From an uncultured delta proteobacterium (GTDB lineage Bacteria; Desulfobacterota; Binatia; Binatales; Binataceae), in the NCBI GenBank assembly GCA_963814035.1, contig CAWFBH010000002.1, positions 189,165-253,164 on the forward strand: DNA of 64,000 nt, read 5' to 3'. Made by a program: the position numbers and the translations under genes. Under the pieces are notes generated by a model. The model made no database searches and had not been told where the DNA came from. It worked only from the letters and a program-made list of their open reading frames with translations. Shown piece by piece: positions 9,182-18,872 of this stretch; the stretch's first letter is position 1, and each line of letters starts with the position of its first letter.

Positions 9182-9852
9182 TAATCCTCACGGATCACAT
9201 GCTCAAAGAGCAATGCGCCCAGCGTGACGAAGAGGACATCGAAGGCGAGCAGGATCCCGAGCCATTGCGAGGCGGCGGCAAGCGGGAAGCCCGACAGCGC
9301 GGCCTCGCTCGCTTTCACGCCCGCGATGATCGCGGGAATGAACAGCGGAATCGCGAGAATCGGCAGCAGCAGATCACCCGCGCGGGTCCGGCCGGAAATC
9401 GCAGCCAGCAGCGTCGCGAGCGCGGCGAATCCCAACGTGCCGAGCATCAGCGAGGGCGCCAGGCGCGCTAGATCGGCGCTGAAATCGAGGTTGAAAAACA
9501 ACGTGATGAGCACGACGGCGGCAACCTCGACAATCGCCATGAAGGCAAAAGCGGCCGCAAGCTTCGCGGCATAAAGCGCGGCAGGATCGATCGGGCTGAG
9601 CGTCAGCGCGCGCATGCATCCGTTTTCATTTTCGGCGATCATCGCGCGGGTCGCGCCGAGCATCCCGGCAAAGACCAACGCGACCCACAGCGCCGCGGCG
9701 GCATCGCGCGCGCGGTCGGCGGGCTGCGGATTCAGCGCGAACACCAGCACCACCATTATCAGCAGTGACAGCGCGAACAATGCGATGGTGCTCTGGCCGC
9801 TGCGAATCTCGATGCGCAGGTCCTTGCGCAGTATCGCTGCAAACGCTCCCAT
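9181..9852 (-). CDS. ccmB: heme exporter permease CcmB
   Basis: 223-aa, 6-TM protein collinear with CcmB. Confidence 0.8.
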   Translation of the reverse strand: MGAFAAILRKDLRIEIRSGQSTIALFALSLLIMVVLVFALNPQPADRARDAAAALWVALVFAGMLGATRAMIAENENGCMRALTLSPIDPAALYAAKLAAAFAFMAIVEVAAVVLITLFFNLDFSADLARLAPSLMLGTLGFAALATLLAAISGRTRAGDLLLPILAIPLFIPAIIAGVKASEAALSGFPLAAASQWLGILLAFDVLFVTLGALLFEHVIRED

Positions 9853-9885
9853 CGCGATCAGGCACCGATGCGCGAGCGATGAGGC

Positions 9886-10546
9886 GCGCGGGTCTCATCG
9901 GCGAGCGGCAGCACGCGTCCATTGATGATTCGATAGCTGATCCGTCTCGATGCCGAGGTCGAAGGGCGAATGCGCGGTGAGCAACGCCGCGCATCCACGC
10001 GCGATTGCCTCGCGAATCAGACTCGGCAACGATCGCGACACCATCGGGATCGAGCGCCGCGAATGGCTCATCGAGGAGGAGCAGATCGGGCTGCGTCATC
10101 ATCGTGCGCGCGATCGAGAGCCGCTGCTCCATACCGCGGGAGAATTCGCGCACGCGTTCATCGCTCGAGGCACGCAGCCCGACCGCTCGATCCACTTCGT
10201 CGCGAGGCCGGCGCGATTCGGCAGACCATACAGCTCGACATAGAAATGGAGATTCTCGCGCGCGGTCAGGTTGGGATAGAGCCAGCTCTGATGGGTGAGC
10301 ATCCCGATGCGCCGGCGCGCGGCGCTCGAGTTTGCGGCTGCTCTCGCCGAACACCATCGCATCGCCGGAAGTCGGCTGGGAGAGTCCCGCGAGGATTCGC
10401 AGCAGCGTGGATTTTCCGGAGCCATTGCCGCCGATGAGGATCGCGCAGCGGCCCTCTTCAATCTGAAAGGTGACATCGCGCAGGACCGGCGTGACGCCGA
10501 AAGTTTTGGTTAAGCTGCGAGTCTCGACGACCGGCCGCGCCATCAC
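9886..10546 (-). CDS. ccmA: heme exporter ATP-binding protein CcmA (2-3 apparent frameshifts)
   Basis: Walker A GGNGSGKSTLLRILAGL, LSxGxxQR-like FSRGMEQRLSIAR, and Walker B LLLLDEPFAALD are recovered from two frames. Confidence 0.75.
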
Positions 10547-11037
10547 GAGGCTCGGGTTGCGACCCGCTCACCGCGCAGCGGCGTGCCGCATTCGCCGCAG
10601 AAGTTGCCCGCCATTGGCGCGCGCATGCCGCATTGCGGGCAGAACCTGATGCGTCTGCCGCCGGCGATATCGGCGGTGCGCCGCGCGAGCGCAGAGGAGG
10701 CGCGAGGTCGGAAGCGGCGCGGCTGAGGCCTGGACATCGCGGCGATTTCATTGGCGATCGCGGCAGCCTCGCGCAGCTTGGGCCGCACCGTGACGGCCGC
10801 GAGTTTGGCGGCGCTTTCCTGCTCCTTGAATTTCTCGATCGCGGTCATCGCCTGCAGCGCACGTCCCTGCAGCGAGGCGCGCAGCGACTCGTAGTCCGCG
10901 TCCGAGAGCTTGCCCATCTCGCGATCGAACTCCAGCTCGCGCAGTCCCTGCACCGCGAGTGCGTGCTCATGCTCCCAATGCTCGCGCTCGATTTCCTCGC
11001 GGCTGCGTTTCGCGCGCGCGCGCAGTCCGCCGGTCAA
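10543..11037 (-). CDS. hypothetical protein with C-terminal double zinc ribbon (CPQCG...CGECG), inserted between ccmH and ccmA
   Basis: ORF 10543..11037. No ccm family assignment possible. Confidence 0.45.
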   Translation of the reverse strand: MTGGLRARAKRSREEIEREHWEHEHALAVQGLRELEFDREMGKLSDADYESLRASLQGRALQAMTAIEKFKEQESAAKLAAVTVRPKLREAAAIANEIAAMSRPQPRRFRPRASSALARRTADIAGGRRIRFCPQCGMRAPMAGNFCGECGTPLRGERVATRAS

Positions 11038-11100
11038 CGGCGCGGCGACAAACAGCGCGACGCCCCACGACGATCAGGAATGCGGCGATATAGAACGCCA

Positions 11101-11585
11101 CTAAAGCTGCCCCTTAACTTCCGCGTCGAGTTTTTCGCGCAGCCTGGGATCGATGATCGGAACGCGCTCCGCGATCGCCTCGGAGTCCGCCGGCAGCGAG
11201 GGCGTCTGATGGCGCCATCTGCCGAGCATCAGCACGATGAATCCGCCACCCACAGTGAGCGCGAAAAACGGCATCACCCACGCCAGCAGATTGAAGCCCT
11301 CGGTGGTCGGCGCGGAGAGGATCTTCTCGCCGTATTTTTTGCGATAGAACGAAATGATCGCGGGCCGATCCATGCCCTGGTCGAGCATCTTCGAGATTTC
11401 GCCGCGCATCGGGACCGAAAAGCCGCAGGTCGGGATGTTGCAGTTGGCCACTGTCAGTCCACATCCGCATTGGCAGGTGAGGCCCTGCGCGACGTCGTCC
11501 ACGATGGTCGATGCGAACAGCCGGCGCCGCCATAAACAGCGCCAAGCGCGATGAATGCCGCTCCATCGCGGACGAAGCGCATCAT
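11101..11585 (-). CDS. ccmH: cytochrome c-type biogenesis protein CcmH/NrfF (frameshift in signal-peptide region)
   Basis: LTCQCGCGLTVANCN...EISKMLDQGMDRPAIISFYRKKYGEKILSAP. The N-terminus MMRFVRDGAAFIALGAVYGG is in a neighbouring frame. Confidence 0.75.
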
Positions 11586-11590
11586 CGTCT

Positions 11591-13604
11591 CTACTCGCCA
11601 CCGGGCGCGGGCTCGGCGGCGATCTGTTCCTTGCCGCGGCTGAGCGCTTCGGCGATCGCCGCGCGCTCGCGCACATTGGGCCACATCGCGATGACCGTGC
11701 CGAAGCACCATCACCAGGCCGCCCGCCCAGAGCCAGAACACCAGCGGCGTGAGGAACACCTGGAAGGTCGCCATCCCGCTCTGATCCTCGATTCCCGCCA
11801 GGACCACATAGAGGTCGTAGAGCGGCGTCGAGCGGATCGCGACCTGGGTCGCGGGCTGTTGCGGCTTTTTGTAGAAGAGCTTCGCCGGATACATCGTGGC
11901 GACGGCTTTCCCATTGCGCGTCACCTCGAGGGCGGCGGTCGCGCTTTCCATATGCGGCGTGCTCAGCGGCGTCAGCGACTCGAAGCGCAGAACGTACGGG
12001 CCGACCGCAAAGCTCTCGCCCGGCTTGACGCTCTTCTTCACCTCGATGCGGAAGAACGACGACCCCACGATGCCGATGAACGCCATGATCACGCCGACGT
12101 GGATGATGTATCCGCCGTAGCGCCGATTATTCTTCGAAACCAGGTTCACCAGCGCGCGCGGCGTGGTCTCATGCACCATATGGCGTCGAGCGGTGACGCC
12201 GCGGCGAAACTCGACGGCGATAGTCGCCGCGACGAATGCCACCAGCGACACGGCCGTCAGCACATACCACTGAGTGATTCCAACGCCGAACAGCACCAGG
12301 CCGGTGATGACGCCGACAATCGCGGGCGCGGCAAAATGACTGGCGAGGTTCTTCACCGTCATCCGGCGCCACGCGATCAGCGGTCCGACTCCCATCAAGA
12401 AGATAAGCCCGAGAGCGAGCGGCCCATTAACGCGATTAAAGAACGGCGGCCCGACGGTGATTTTCACCCCGCGCACCGCTTCCGAGAGCACCGGGAAAAT
12501 CGTGCCCCAGAACACCGCGAAGGCGATCCCGACCAGCAGCAGGTTGTTGAAGAGGAAAGCCGCCTCGCGCGAGAGATACGATTCAAATTCCGCGGGGCTG
12601 CGCAAATCCGGCACGCGATAGAGCAGCGCGCCGGTGTAAACCAGCGCGACCAGGATCAGGAACGTCAGAAAATACGGTCCCAACCCCGATTGGGTGAACG
12701 AATGCACCGAGGAAATCACGCCGCTGCGCGTGATGAAGGTGCCGAACAGCGTCAGGAAAAACGCCAGCCCGATCAGCGCAAGATTCCACACCTTCAGCAT
12801 GTCCTTGCGTTCCTGGATCATTACCGAATGTAGATACGCGGTCATCACCAGCCATGGCATGAAGGCCGCGTTCTCGACCGGATCCCATGCCCAGTAGCCT
12901 CCCCATCCGAGGACTTCATAAGCCCAGCGCGCGCCGAACAGGTTGCCGAGCGTGAGGAAGAACCAGGAGAAGATGGCCCACCGCCGCGTGGTGCGAATCC
13001 AGGTCTCGTCGAGCTTCCCGGTGATCAGCGCCGCTGCAGCGAATGCGAACGGCACCGTGGTGCTGACATAGCCGGTGTACAAAGAGGGCGGATGTATCGC
13101 CATCCAGTAGTTCTGCAGCAGCGGATTTAAGTCGGAGCCCTCCGCGGGCCGCACCGCGAGGAGATCGAACGGCCGCGTCACAAAGTTGAGCATGCCGAGG
13201 AAAAACACCGCGACGATCGCCATCACCGCGAGCGCATAGGGCGCGATTTCCGGATTGCGGCGACGATTCTGGAACGCGACGATCGAAGCGAAGGTGGAAA
13301 GCAGCAGCGTCCATAGTAGCAGCGAGCCCTGCTGCCCGCCCCATAGCGAAGTGATTTTGTAAATCGTCGGGAGCGTGGTGCTCGAATACGACGCCACGTA
13401 CTCGAGCGAGAAGTCGCTGGTGAGCAGTCCGACCCAGAGCGAGACCGCCGCGATCGCGACCATCGCGGTCATCGCCCAAATCGCGTGGCGCGCGCTGACG
13501 ATGATCTCGGTGGCGTTGCGCCGCGCGCCGTAGATATTCGCGGCGATCGAATAGAGCGCGAGGATCAGCGCGATCGCGAGCGCGAGTTGTCCCAGATTCG
13601 GCAT
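11591..13604 (-). CDS. ccmF: cytochrome c-type biogenesis protein CcmF (frameshift ~11650; true C-terminus ...FGTVIAMWPNVRERAAIAEALSRGKEQIAAEPAPGGE)
   Basis: ~670 aa polytopic protein. MPNLGQLALAIALILAL start. WGGYWAWDPVEN motif. Confidence 0.85.
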
Positions 13605-13612
13605 CGAAGACG

Positions 13613-14059
13613 CTACTTGACCTGCTTGGGTTTGTATTTCGAAGGACAACTGGTCATCACCTGGGTCGCGCTGATGCTATCCACGCCCGCCAGATGACCT
13701 TCCACGATTACGTCTTTGTTGGCCGCGAACATGTCCGGCTTCGGTTGCCCGACGCATATCACGCTGAACGCCGGCGAGGCGGAAATCGCGACCTTCTTCA
13801 CCGCGCCGTCGTCATCAGTATCTGGAATTTGATAGATGCCGAACTTGAGCGTGAGCGTCACCGGGTCCCAACTGATAGTGCCGGGGCTGACGCGGCCGGC
13901 GACGCGCAATCCCTGCCCTTCGAGGCTGGCCTGACGCGCGGCGACCTCATTGACGGTCATGTAATACTCGGAGGTGTTCTGAATCGCCGCGTATATAAGG
14001 TAGCCGACGGCCACGGCTATCAAGCCTGCCCCGACGAAAAAGCGGGACCTAATTCGCAT
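13613..14059 (-). CDS. ccmE: cytochrome c-type biogenesis heme chaperone CcmE
   Basis: 148 aa with an N-terminal TM anchor and OB-fold region collinear with CcmE. Confidence 0.75.
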   Translation of the reverse strand: MRIRSRFFVGAGLIAVAVGYLIYAAIQNTSEYYMTVNEVAARQASLEGQGLRVAGRVSPGTISWDPVTLTLKFGIYQIPDTDDDGAVKKVAISASPAFSVICVGQPKPDMFAANKDVIVEGHLAGVDSISATQVMTSCPSKYKPKQVK

Positions 14060-14150
14060 ATCCGGTTCGAATCTCCGGCCGTGGATGAGTCACGGCATGT
14101 TTTCCGATTTGGGTCAATTGTGTCAGGAGATTTTGGCCATAACAACTGAT

Positions 14151-14345
14151 TTCCCGGCAACGCCGGGAAATCATCCTGAGCGCCGCGCGAAGGATCTTGG
14201 TGGTGCAAGCCACCGGGAAATCATCCTGAGCGCCGCGCGAAGGATCTCGGTGGTGCAAGCCACCGGGAAATCATCCTGAGCACCGCGCGAAGGATCTCGG
14301 TGGCGCAGAACCCCGCGAATCATCCCGGCGCGAAGGTTCGCGCTC
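14151..14345. repeat. tandem repeat: 50-bp unit CCGGGAAATCATCCTGAGCGCCGCGCGAAGGATCTYGGTGGTGCAAGCCA x3 plus a degenerate 4th unit; preceded by hairpin TTCCCGGCAACGCCGGGAA
   Basis: direct inspection. Units at 14163, 14213 and 14263. Each unit contains a small hairpin GGTGGTGCAAGCCACC. Confidence 0.85.
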
Positions 14346-15167
14346 TAATCTTCCGAATCGTCGACTCCGCCGTTCGCGAGGGCCGAATGCCACGCCGCGC
14401 TTCGAGGCGCGGATGAAATCCACCATTTCCTGCGCCTCGGGCGAAAGCTTTTCGGATGCGATGCGTTCCAGCGCCAGTTTCAGGTTCTGCCGCCTGGCGA
14501 ACAGCGCCAGGAAAATCTCGCGAATCGCGCGAACCTGCGCCGCTTTGAAACCAACTCGACGTAACCCGATGACATTGATTCCTCGCAACGTGTGCGTCCC
14601 GTCCATGATGCAAAACGGCGGGATGTCGCGGCTGGTGCGAGAGAGTCCGCGCATCATCGCGAGCCGCCCGATGCGGGTGTACTGATGCACCACGCAGTTG
14701 CCCGAGACCAGCGCCCGATCGCCGACCTCGACCCATCCGGCGAGGAGCGCTCCGCCCGCGATGATGGTCGAATTGCCGATGCGGCAGTCATGCGCGGCGT
14801 GCGAGTTCTGCATGAAGAAGTTGTCGTCGCCGACCATCGTCACTTCGCCATGCTCGCTGCCGCGATGAATCGTGGTGCCCTCGCGAAAAACATTGCGATG
14901 CCCGATTCGCACCCTGCGCGTGCCGCCGGTGTAGGCGATGTCCTGCGGCTCATCGCCGATCACCACATTGGGATGCAGGACATTGCCCTCGCCGATTTCG
15001 GTATCGCCAAAGATCGCGACATGGCTGATGAGGCGGGTGCCGGCGCCGAGGCGAACCCTTCCTTCAAGCAGGCAGAAGGGTCCGATCTCGACCCCCGGAG
15101 CCAACTCGACTTCATCGCCAACGACGGAACTGGAATGAACGGACGCGGACGCAGCTCCGCCGCTCAA
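14271..15167 (-). CDS. lpxA: acyl-ACP--UDP-GlcNAc O-acyltransferase LpxA; the last ~35 codons of the ORF read into the tandem repeat and are probably not real (true stop expected ~14345-14385)
   Basis: left-handed beta-helix hexapeptide repeats. Collinear with LpxA through ...VDFIRASKRGV. Confidence 0.75.
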   Translation of the reverse strand: MSGGAASASVHSSSVVGDEVELAPGVEIGPFCLLEGRVRLGAGTRLISHVAIFGDTEIGEGNVLHPNVVIGDEPQDIAYTGGTRRVRIGHRNVFREGTTIHRGSEHGEVTMVGDDNFFMQNSHAAHDCRIGNSTIIAGGALLAGWVEVGDRALVSGNCVVHQYTRIGRLAMMRGLSRTSRDIPPFCIMDGTHTLRGINVIGLRRVGFKAAQVRAIREIFLALFARRQNLKLALERIASEKLSPEAQEMVDFIRASKRGVAFGPRERRSRRFGRLEREPSRRDDSRGSAPPRSFARCSG

Positions 15168-15370
15168 TTGAGATGCCTCTTGTTCTTCAGCGCCTCGGCG
15201 CTGAGGTCGTCGTCAGGATGCTCGGTTTCATCGACGGTCTTGCCGGCAACGCGATAATTCTCGCTCGCCCAAGTGCCGAGGTCGACCATCTGGCATCGTT
15301 CCGAGCAAAACGGCCGGAAGCGATTGGCGGGCGTCATGTCGACCGGCTTCCTGCAAATCGCGCATCGCAT
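15164..15370 (-). CDS. yacG: DNA gyrase inhibitor YacG (zinc-binding)
   Basis: CAICRKPV...NRFRPFCSERCQMVDLGTWASENYRV. Confidence 0.75.
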   Translation of the reverse strand: MRCAICRKPVDMTPANRFRPFCSERCQMVDLGTWASENYRVAGKTVDETEHPDDDLSAEALKNKRHLN

Positions 15371-15414
15371 CTTAAGCAGAAGGTGCCAAATCCTGCCTCA
15401 TCCCGCAACTTGGC

Positions 15415-16032
15415 TCAGAAGATGTCGGTATTGGTGCAGTCCGCGTTGCCACCGGCGGGGCGGAAGGTCGAGGTGTGCGAATCGAAGAAGAGCTTCTTCT
15501 CGTAGCAGAAGCGCCGGTCGAGCGCCGGGCCTTTGTACTCGAGGCTGACCCGCACCATCAGGTGCGCCGCCCCGTTGATGATCTTTTTGTACTCGTCGGA
15601 ATTCAAAAAGAGATAGAAGAAATGCGGGACCCCGGGCGATACCGTTCCCTGATCGCTGGCCGTTCCTTCACCATCGTGAGGCGGAATCGGTTTGCCATCG
15701 AGAAGCGCTTCGGCCGCGATAATCGCGCCATCCGCCGGTATCGGACCGAAGTTGCGGAAATCCACGACGATGACCGGCTCCGGACTGTCGGTCCGTTCGA
15801 AGGTAACCTTATTCACACCGAGGAAAGGCCGATCGGAGATAGCGAATATCAGCTCGGAGACCTTATAGGTCCGCCAGGTGGCAAGCGCGGTGAAAGCCGT
15901 CGCCGCCACCATCATCAAGGCCATGAAGTCCGCGACGGTAAGGATGCGCCGTTCGGTGCGCAGAATCTCGCGCGCCTGCGCATCGAGCCGCCGTTGGCCT
16001 TTCTCTTCCTCCCCTCGCTCCGCCATATCCAC
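15415..16032 (-). CDS. hypothetical membrane-anchored protein (one N-terminal TM helix, ~150-aa soluble domain, no recognised family)
   Basis: ORF 15415..16032 with hydrophobic segment ILTVADFMALMMVAATAFTALATW. Confidence 0.45.
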   Translation of the reverse strand: MDMAERGEEEKGQRRLDAQAREILRTERRILTVADFMALMMVAATAFTALATWRTYKVSELIFAISDRPFLGVNKVTFERTDSPEPVIVVDFRNFGPIPADGAIIAAEALLDGKPIPPHDGEGTASDQGTVSPGVPHFFYLFLNSDEYKKIINGAAHLMVRVSLEYKGPALDRRFCYEKKLFFDSHTSTFRPAGGNADCTNTDIF

Positions 16033-16110
16033 CGCGAGTTATACCGATACGCGGCGAGTGAGGCTATATGATGTCCGGACAAATCACAGCAGCGCCGGTG
16101 CCTTCCTCTA

Positions 16111-16329
16111 TCAGGGTTGTGATCTGATCAAAGTTTCTACCGCGATGCCTTCGCCTGGATTCGCCGGTTTGTAATGCAGTAGCTCAAACCCGATGATTCT
16201 TCCTCTGCGATCCTTCATTACGACGATCTCGTCGGCGGTCTCTTCGCTAACAGTTTCCTTCTTCGGATCGTCGATCCAGACCGTCAGCGTCTTGCCCACC
16301 GTATCGTGAATTACTCGGATTTTTTCCAC
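16111..16329 (-). CDS. DUF2283-family small protein
   Basis: MEKIRVIHDTVGKTLTVWIDD...EETADEIVVMKDRRGRIIGFELL matches the DUF2283 pattern. Confidence 0.55.
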   Translation of the reverse strand: MEKIRVIHDTVGKTLTVWIDDPKKETVSEETADEIVVMKDRRGRIIGFELLHYKPANPGEGIAVETLIRSQP

Positions 16330-16336
16330 ACTCGGC

Positions 16337-17455
16337 CTAGTTCAAATTGAAGGCGCGGACCGCGTTGTCATAGAAAATTTTGCGCTTGCTGTCCGCCGAG
16401 ATGGGCTGCTTCAACATCGACTCGATTCCCCATGGGAAGGTGCCATCGGGATGCGGATAGTCGGTATCCCACAGGAAGTTGTTGTCGCCGACCAACTCAA
16501 CCGCCGCCTTCATCGTAGGCTCATCGCCGCGGAACGCGACGAAAATGTTCGATTTGAAATATTCGGTCGGACGCCGCGTGAGATACTCATGCTCCGAGTT
16601 GCCGCTGAAATTCCAATGCTGCTCCATCCGCTGCAGCCAGTAGGGAACCCATCCGCCGTCGGCTTCGACATGGACGACTCGCAGCTTCGGGAACTTTTCG
16701 AAGATGCCGTACCAGATGAGGCCGGCCATCGCGGCCATCGCTTCGAACGGATGCGACAGGATGTGGCCGCTGACGTGGGTATCCATCCGATCGCCGAATG
16801 ACGGCACCGAGGCCGAGGCCGATTCATGCGTCGAGATGGGCTTGCCGAGCTTTTCGATTTCCGCGAAGAGCGGCAGATAGGCCTCGCTGAACAGGGTGCG
16901 GCCGGCGACCGGATTAGGCCGAATGTAGAAACTGACGGCGCCATTTTTCGCCGCGCGATTTGCCTCTTTGACGGCTTCTTCTACATCCTGCATCGGAAGG
17001 ATCGCCGATGCGCGCAGACGTTTCGGATCCTTCGAGCAATAGTCGATCGCCCAATCGTTGTAGGCGCGGCAGCACGCGGCGAGCAGCTTGGTGTCGCGGA
17101 ACTCGCGTCCGAGCATCTGGCCGGCGGCGGTAGGATAAACGACCTGCACATCGACGCCCTGCTCGTCCATGTCCTGCAGGCGGCTCTCGGGGCTGAAGCC
17201 CACCTTGCTGGCGCGCTCGAAACGCTCCATCGCCTTGCGCACGGCTTTGAAGAAGGCCGGCGCGGCCATCGGATACTTACCCTTCTCGCGCGTGAACGGT
17301 TCGCCCTCGACGAGGAAAGTGCGCCGGCCCGATTCCGCGGCGACGCCCATCTTCGGGGCCTGCGATTTGTATTTTTCATCGATGAACTTTTCGAACACCC
17401 AATCGGGTTCCATCAGATGGGCATCGACGTCAACAATCTTGAATCCGTCTTTCAT
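16337..17455 (-). CDS. amidohydrolase-2 family metal-dependent hydrolase (ACMSD-like)
   Basis: VDVDAHLMEP... TIM-barrel hydrolase architecture, 372 aa. Confidence 0.7.
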   Translation of the reverse strand: MKDGFKIVDVDAHLMEPDWVFEKFIDEKYKSQAPKMGVAAESGRRTFLVEGEPFTREKGKYPMAAPAFFKAVRKAMERFERASKVGFSPESRLQDMDEQGVDVQVVYPTAAGQMLGREFRDTKLLAACCRAYNDWAIDYCSKDPKRLRASAILPMQDVEEAVKEANRAAKNGAVSFYIRPNPVAGRTLFSEAYLPLFAEIEKLGKPISTHESASASVPSFGDRMDTHVSGHILSHPFEAMAAMAGLIWYGIFEKFPKLRVVHVEADGGWVPYWLQRMEQHWNFSGNSEHEYLTRRPTEYFKSNIFVAFRGDEPTMKAAVELVGDNNFLWDTDYPHPDGTFPWGIESMLKQPISADSKRKIFYDNAVRAFNLN

Positions 17456-17467
17456 ATTGATGTCCTC

Positions 17468-18497
17468 TCAATAGGCGGTTTGATTCGGAATGATGAGTGC
17501 CTTGGTGCCTTTGCGCGCGCGCAACAGCTCGAACGCCTCGATCCCGTGCGCGATATCGTAACGATGCGTCACCATCGGACGTAGTTCCACCGCGCCCGAC
17601 GCGACCAGCGCAATCGCGCGGCGCCAGGTCTCGGGCGTGCGCACGCGCGAGTTGATGGTCTTGATGCCGTGGAAGAAAAACGCGCGCAGCTCCGTCGAAG
17701 TTAGATCGCGCGCCGGCCATCCGATCAGAACCAGCTCGCCGCCGCGGCGCATCAACTCGCGAGGCGAATCGATCATGCCGCATGCGTCGAAGACCACATC
17801 GGCGCCGTCGGGCGGCAGCATCGAGCGGACTTCTTCTTTCCAGTTGCCCTTGTCGGCGACGACAGTTTTGAATCCCATCTCGCGCGCGAGGGCGAGGCGC
17901 TCGCGTGTCCACCTCGAGTCCGGTGATCACGATCGACGACACCCCTTGCGCGCGCGCCGCCATCGCAACGCTGAGTCCGATCGGCCCGGGGCCTTCGACG
18001 ACACAACTGTCGCCGGCCTTGAGGCATGATTGCTCGACCGCATGAAGTCCGGTGCCGAAGGGCTCGAGCAGCGCGGCGGTTTCGAAGTCCATCGTGGGCG
18101 GGACCAGATACGAATTGCCGACCGGCGCGATGACATATTCCGCGAATGCCCCGCCGAGATGCGTCGGCGAAGTACACAAATTGAAACGTCCGGAGCGGCA
18201 GGTGCTGCAACGGCCGCAATGCCCGAATGGATCTAGCGCGACGTGATCGCCCGCCTTGAACGTCGTCACTCCGGCGCCGACTTCGACCACCTCGCCCGCG
18301 GGCTCATGACCGATGACAGCCGGAAGTCGCGCGACCATCCGATCCGCGCCGAGCTCCCATTCATAGATGTGGAGGTCGGAGCCGCAGATGCCGCAGGCAG
18401 CAACCTTCACGAGCAACTCGCCGGGACCGGGCTTGTTGACCGGCGTCTCGATGATCTCAGCACCGAACGCCGGTTTGGTTTTCGCGATTGCCTTCAT
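17468..18497 (-). CDS. zinc-dependent alcohol/threonine dehydrogenase family (frameshift ~17880)
   Basis: GICGSDLHIYEWE, GHEPAGEVVEVG, GHCGRCSTCRSGRFNLC. The C-terminal Rossmann half is in frame 17468..17878. Confidence 0.75.
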
Positions 18498-18608
18498 CTT
18501 CGTCACGCCTCCATGACAGGCGGAGAATAGCGCGTTGGAAAAAAAAGCGTTAGCGCCGCGTTTCCTCGCAATCAACCGGAGATTAAGCTCGGCGTCAGAT
18601 CGACGGAG

Positions 18609-18872
18609 GTGCTGATGAGCGACACGCTGGCCCCCTTAATCCTCGATTTCCTCGAATGGGTTGCCGTCCGGCCGCGCCCGTATTCTGAAGTCATGGAGAC
18701 GTGGCGCACCTCATGCCCGAGGTTCACCATTTGGGAAGATGTCGTCGACCAGGGATTTGTGATTCGACGGCGAGAGGCCGCGGGGCTCATCGTCGATCTG
18801 ACGCCGCGGGGACGCAGCTTCCTTGAAGAGAGTGAACGCTACTCCCAATGCCGTAGTGGGACGCCGCGGTAG
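18609..18872 (+). CDS. small hypothetical protein
   Basis: ORF only. LILDFLEWVAVRPRPYSEVMETWRTSCPRFTIWEDVVDQGFV. No family recognised. Confidence 0.35.
   Translation: MLMSDTLAPLILDFLEWVAVRPRPYSEVMETWRTSCPRFTIWEDVVDQGFVIRRREAAGLIVDLTPRGRSFLEESERYSQCRSGTPR

Noticed and set aside
14151-14345. possible CRISPR / minisatellite
   Set aside because: Units are contiguous with no spacers. It is a plain 50-bp tandem repeat.
14271-14385. C-terminal ~35 codons of the lpxA ORF (…FGPRERRSRRFGRLEREPSRRDDSRGSAPPRSFARCSG)
   Set aside because: It extends beyond the conserved LpxA C-terminus into the tandem repeat. Most likely read-through caused by a frameshift or missing stop.
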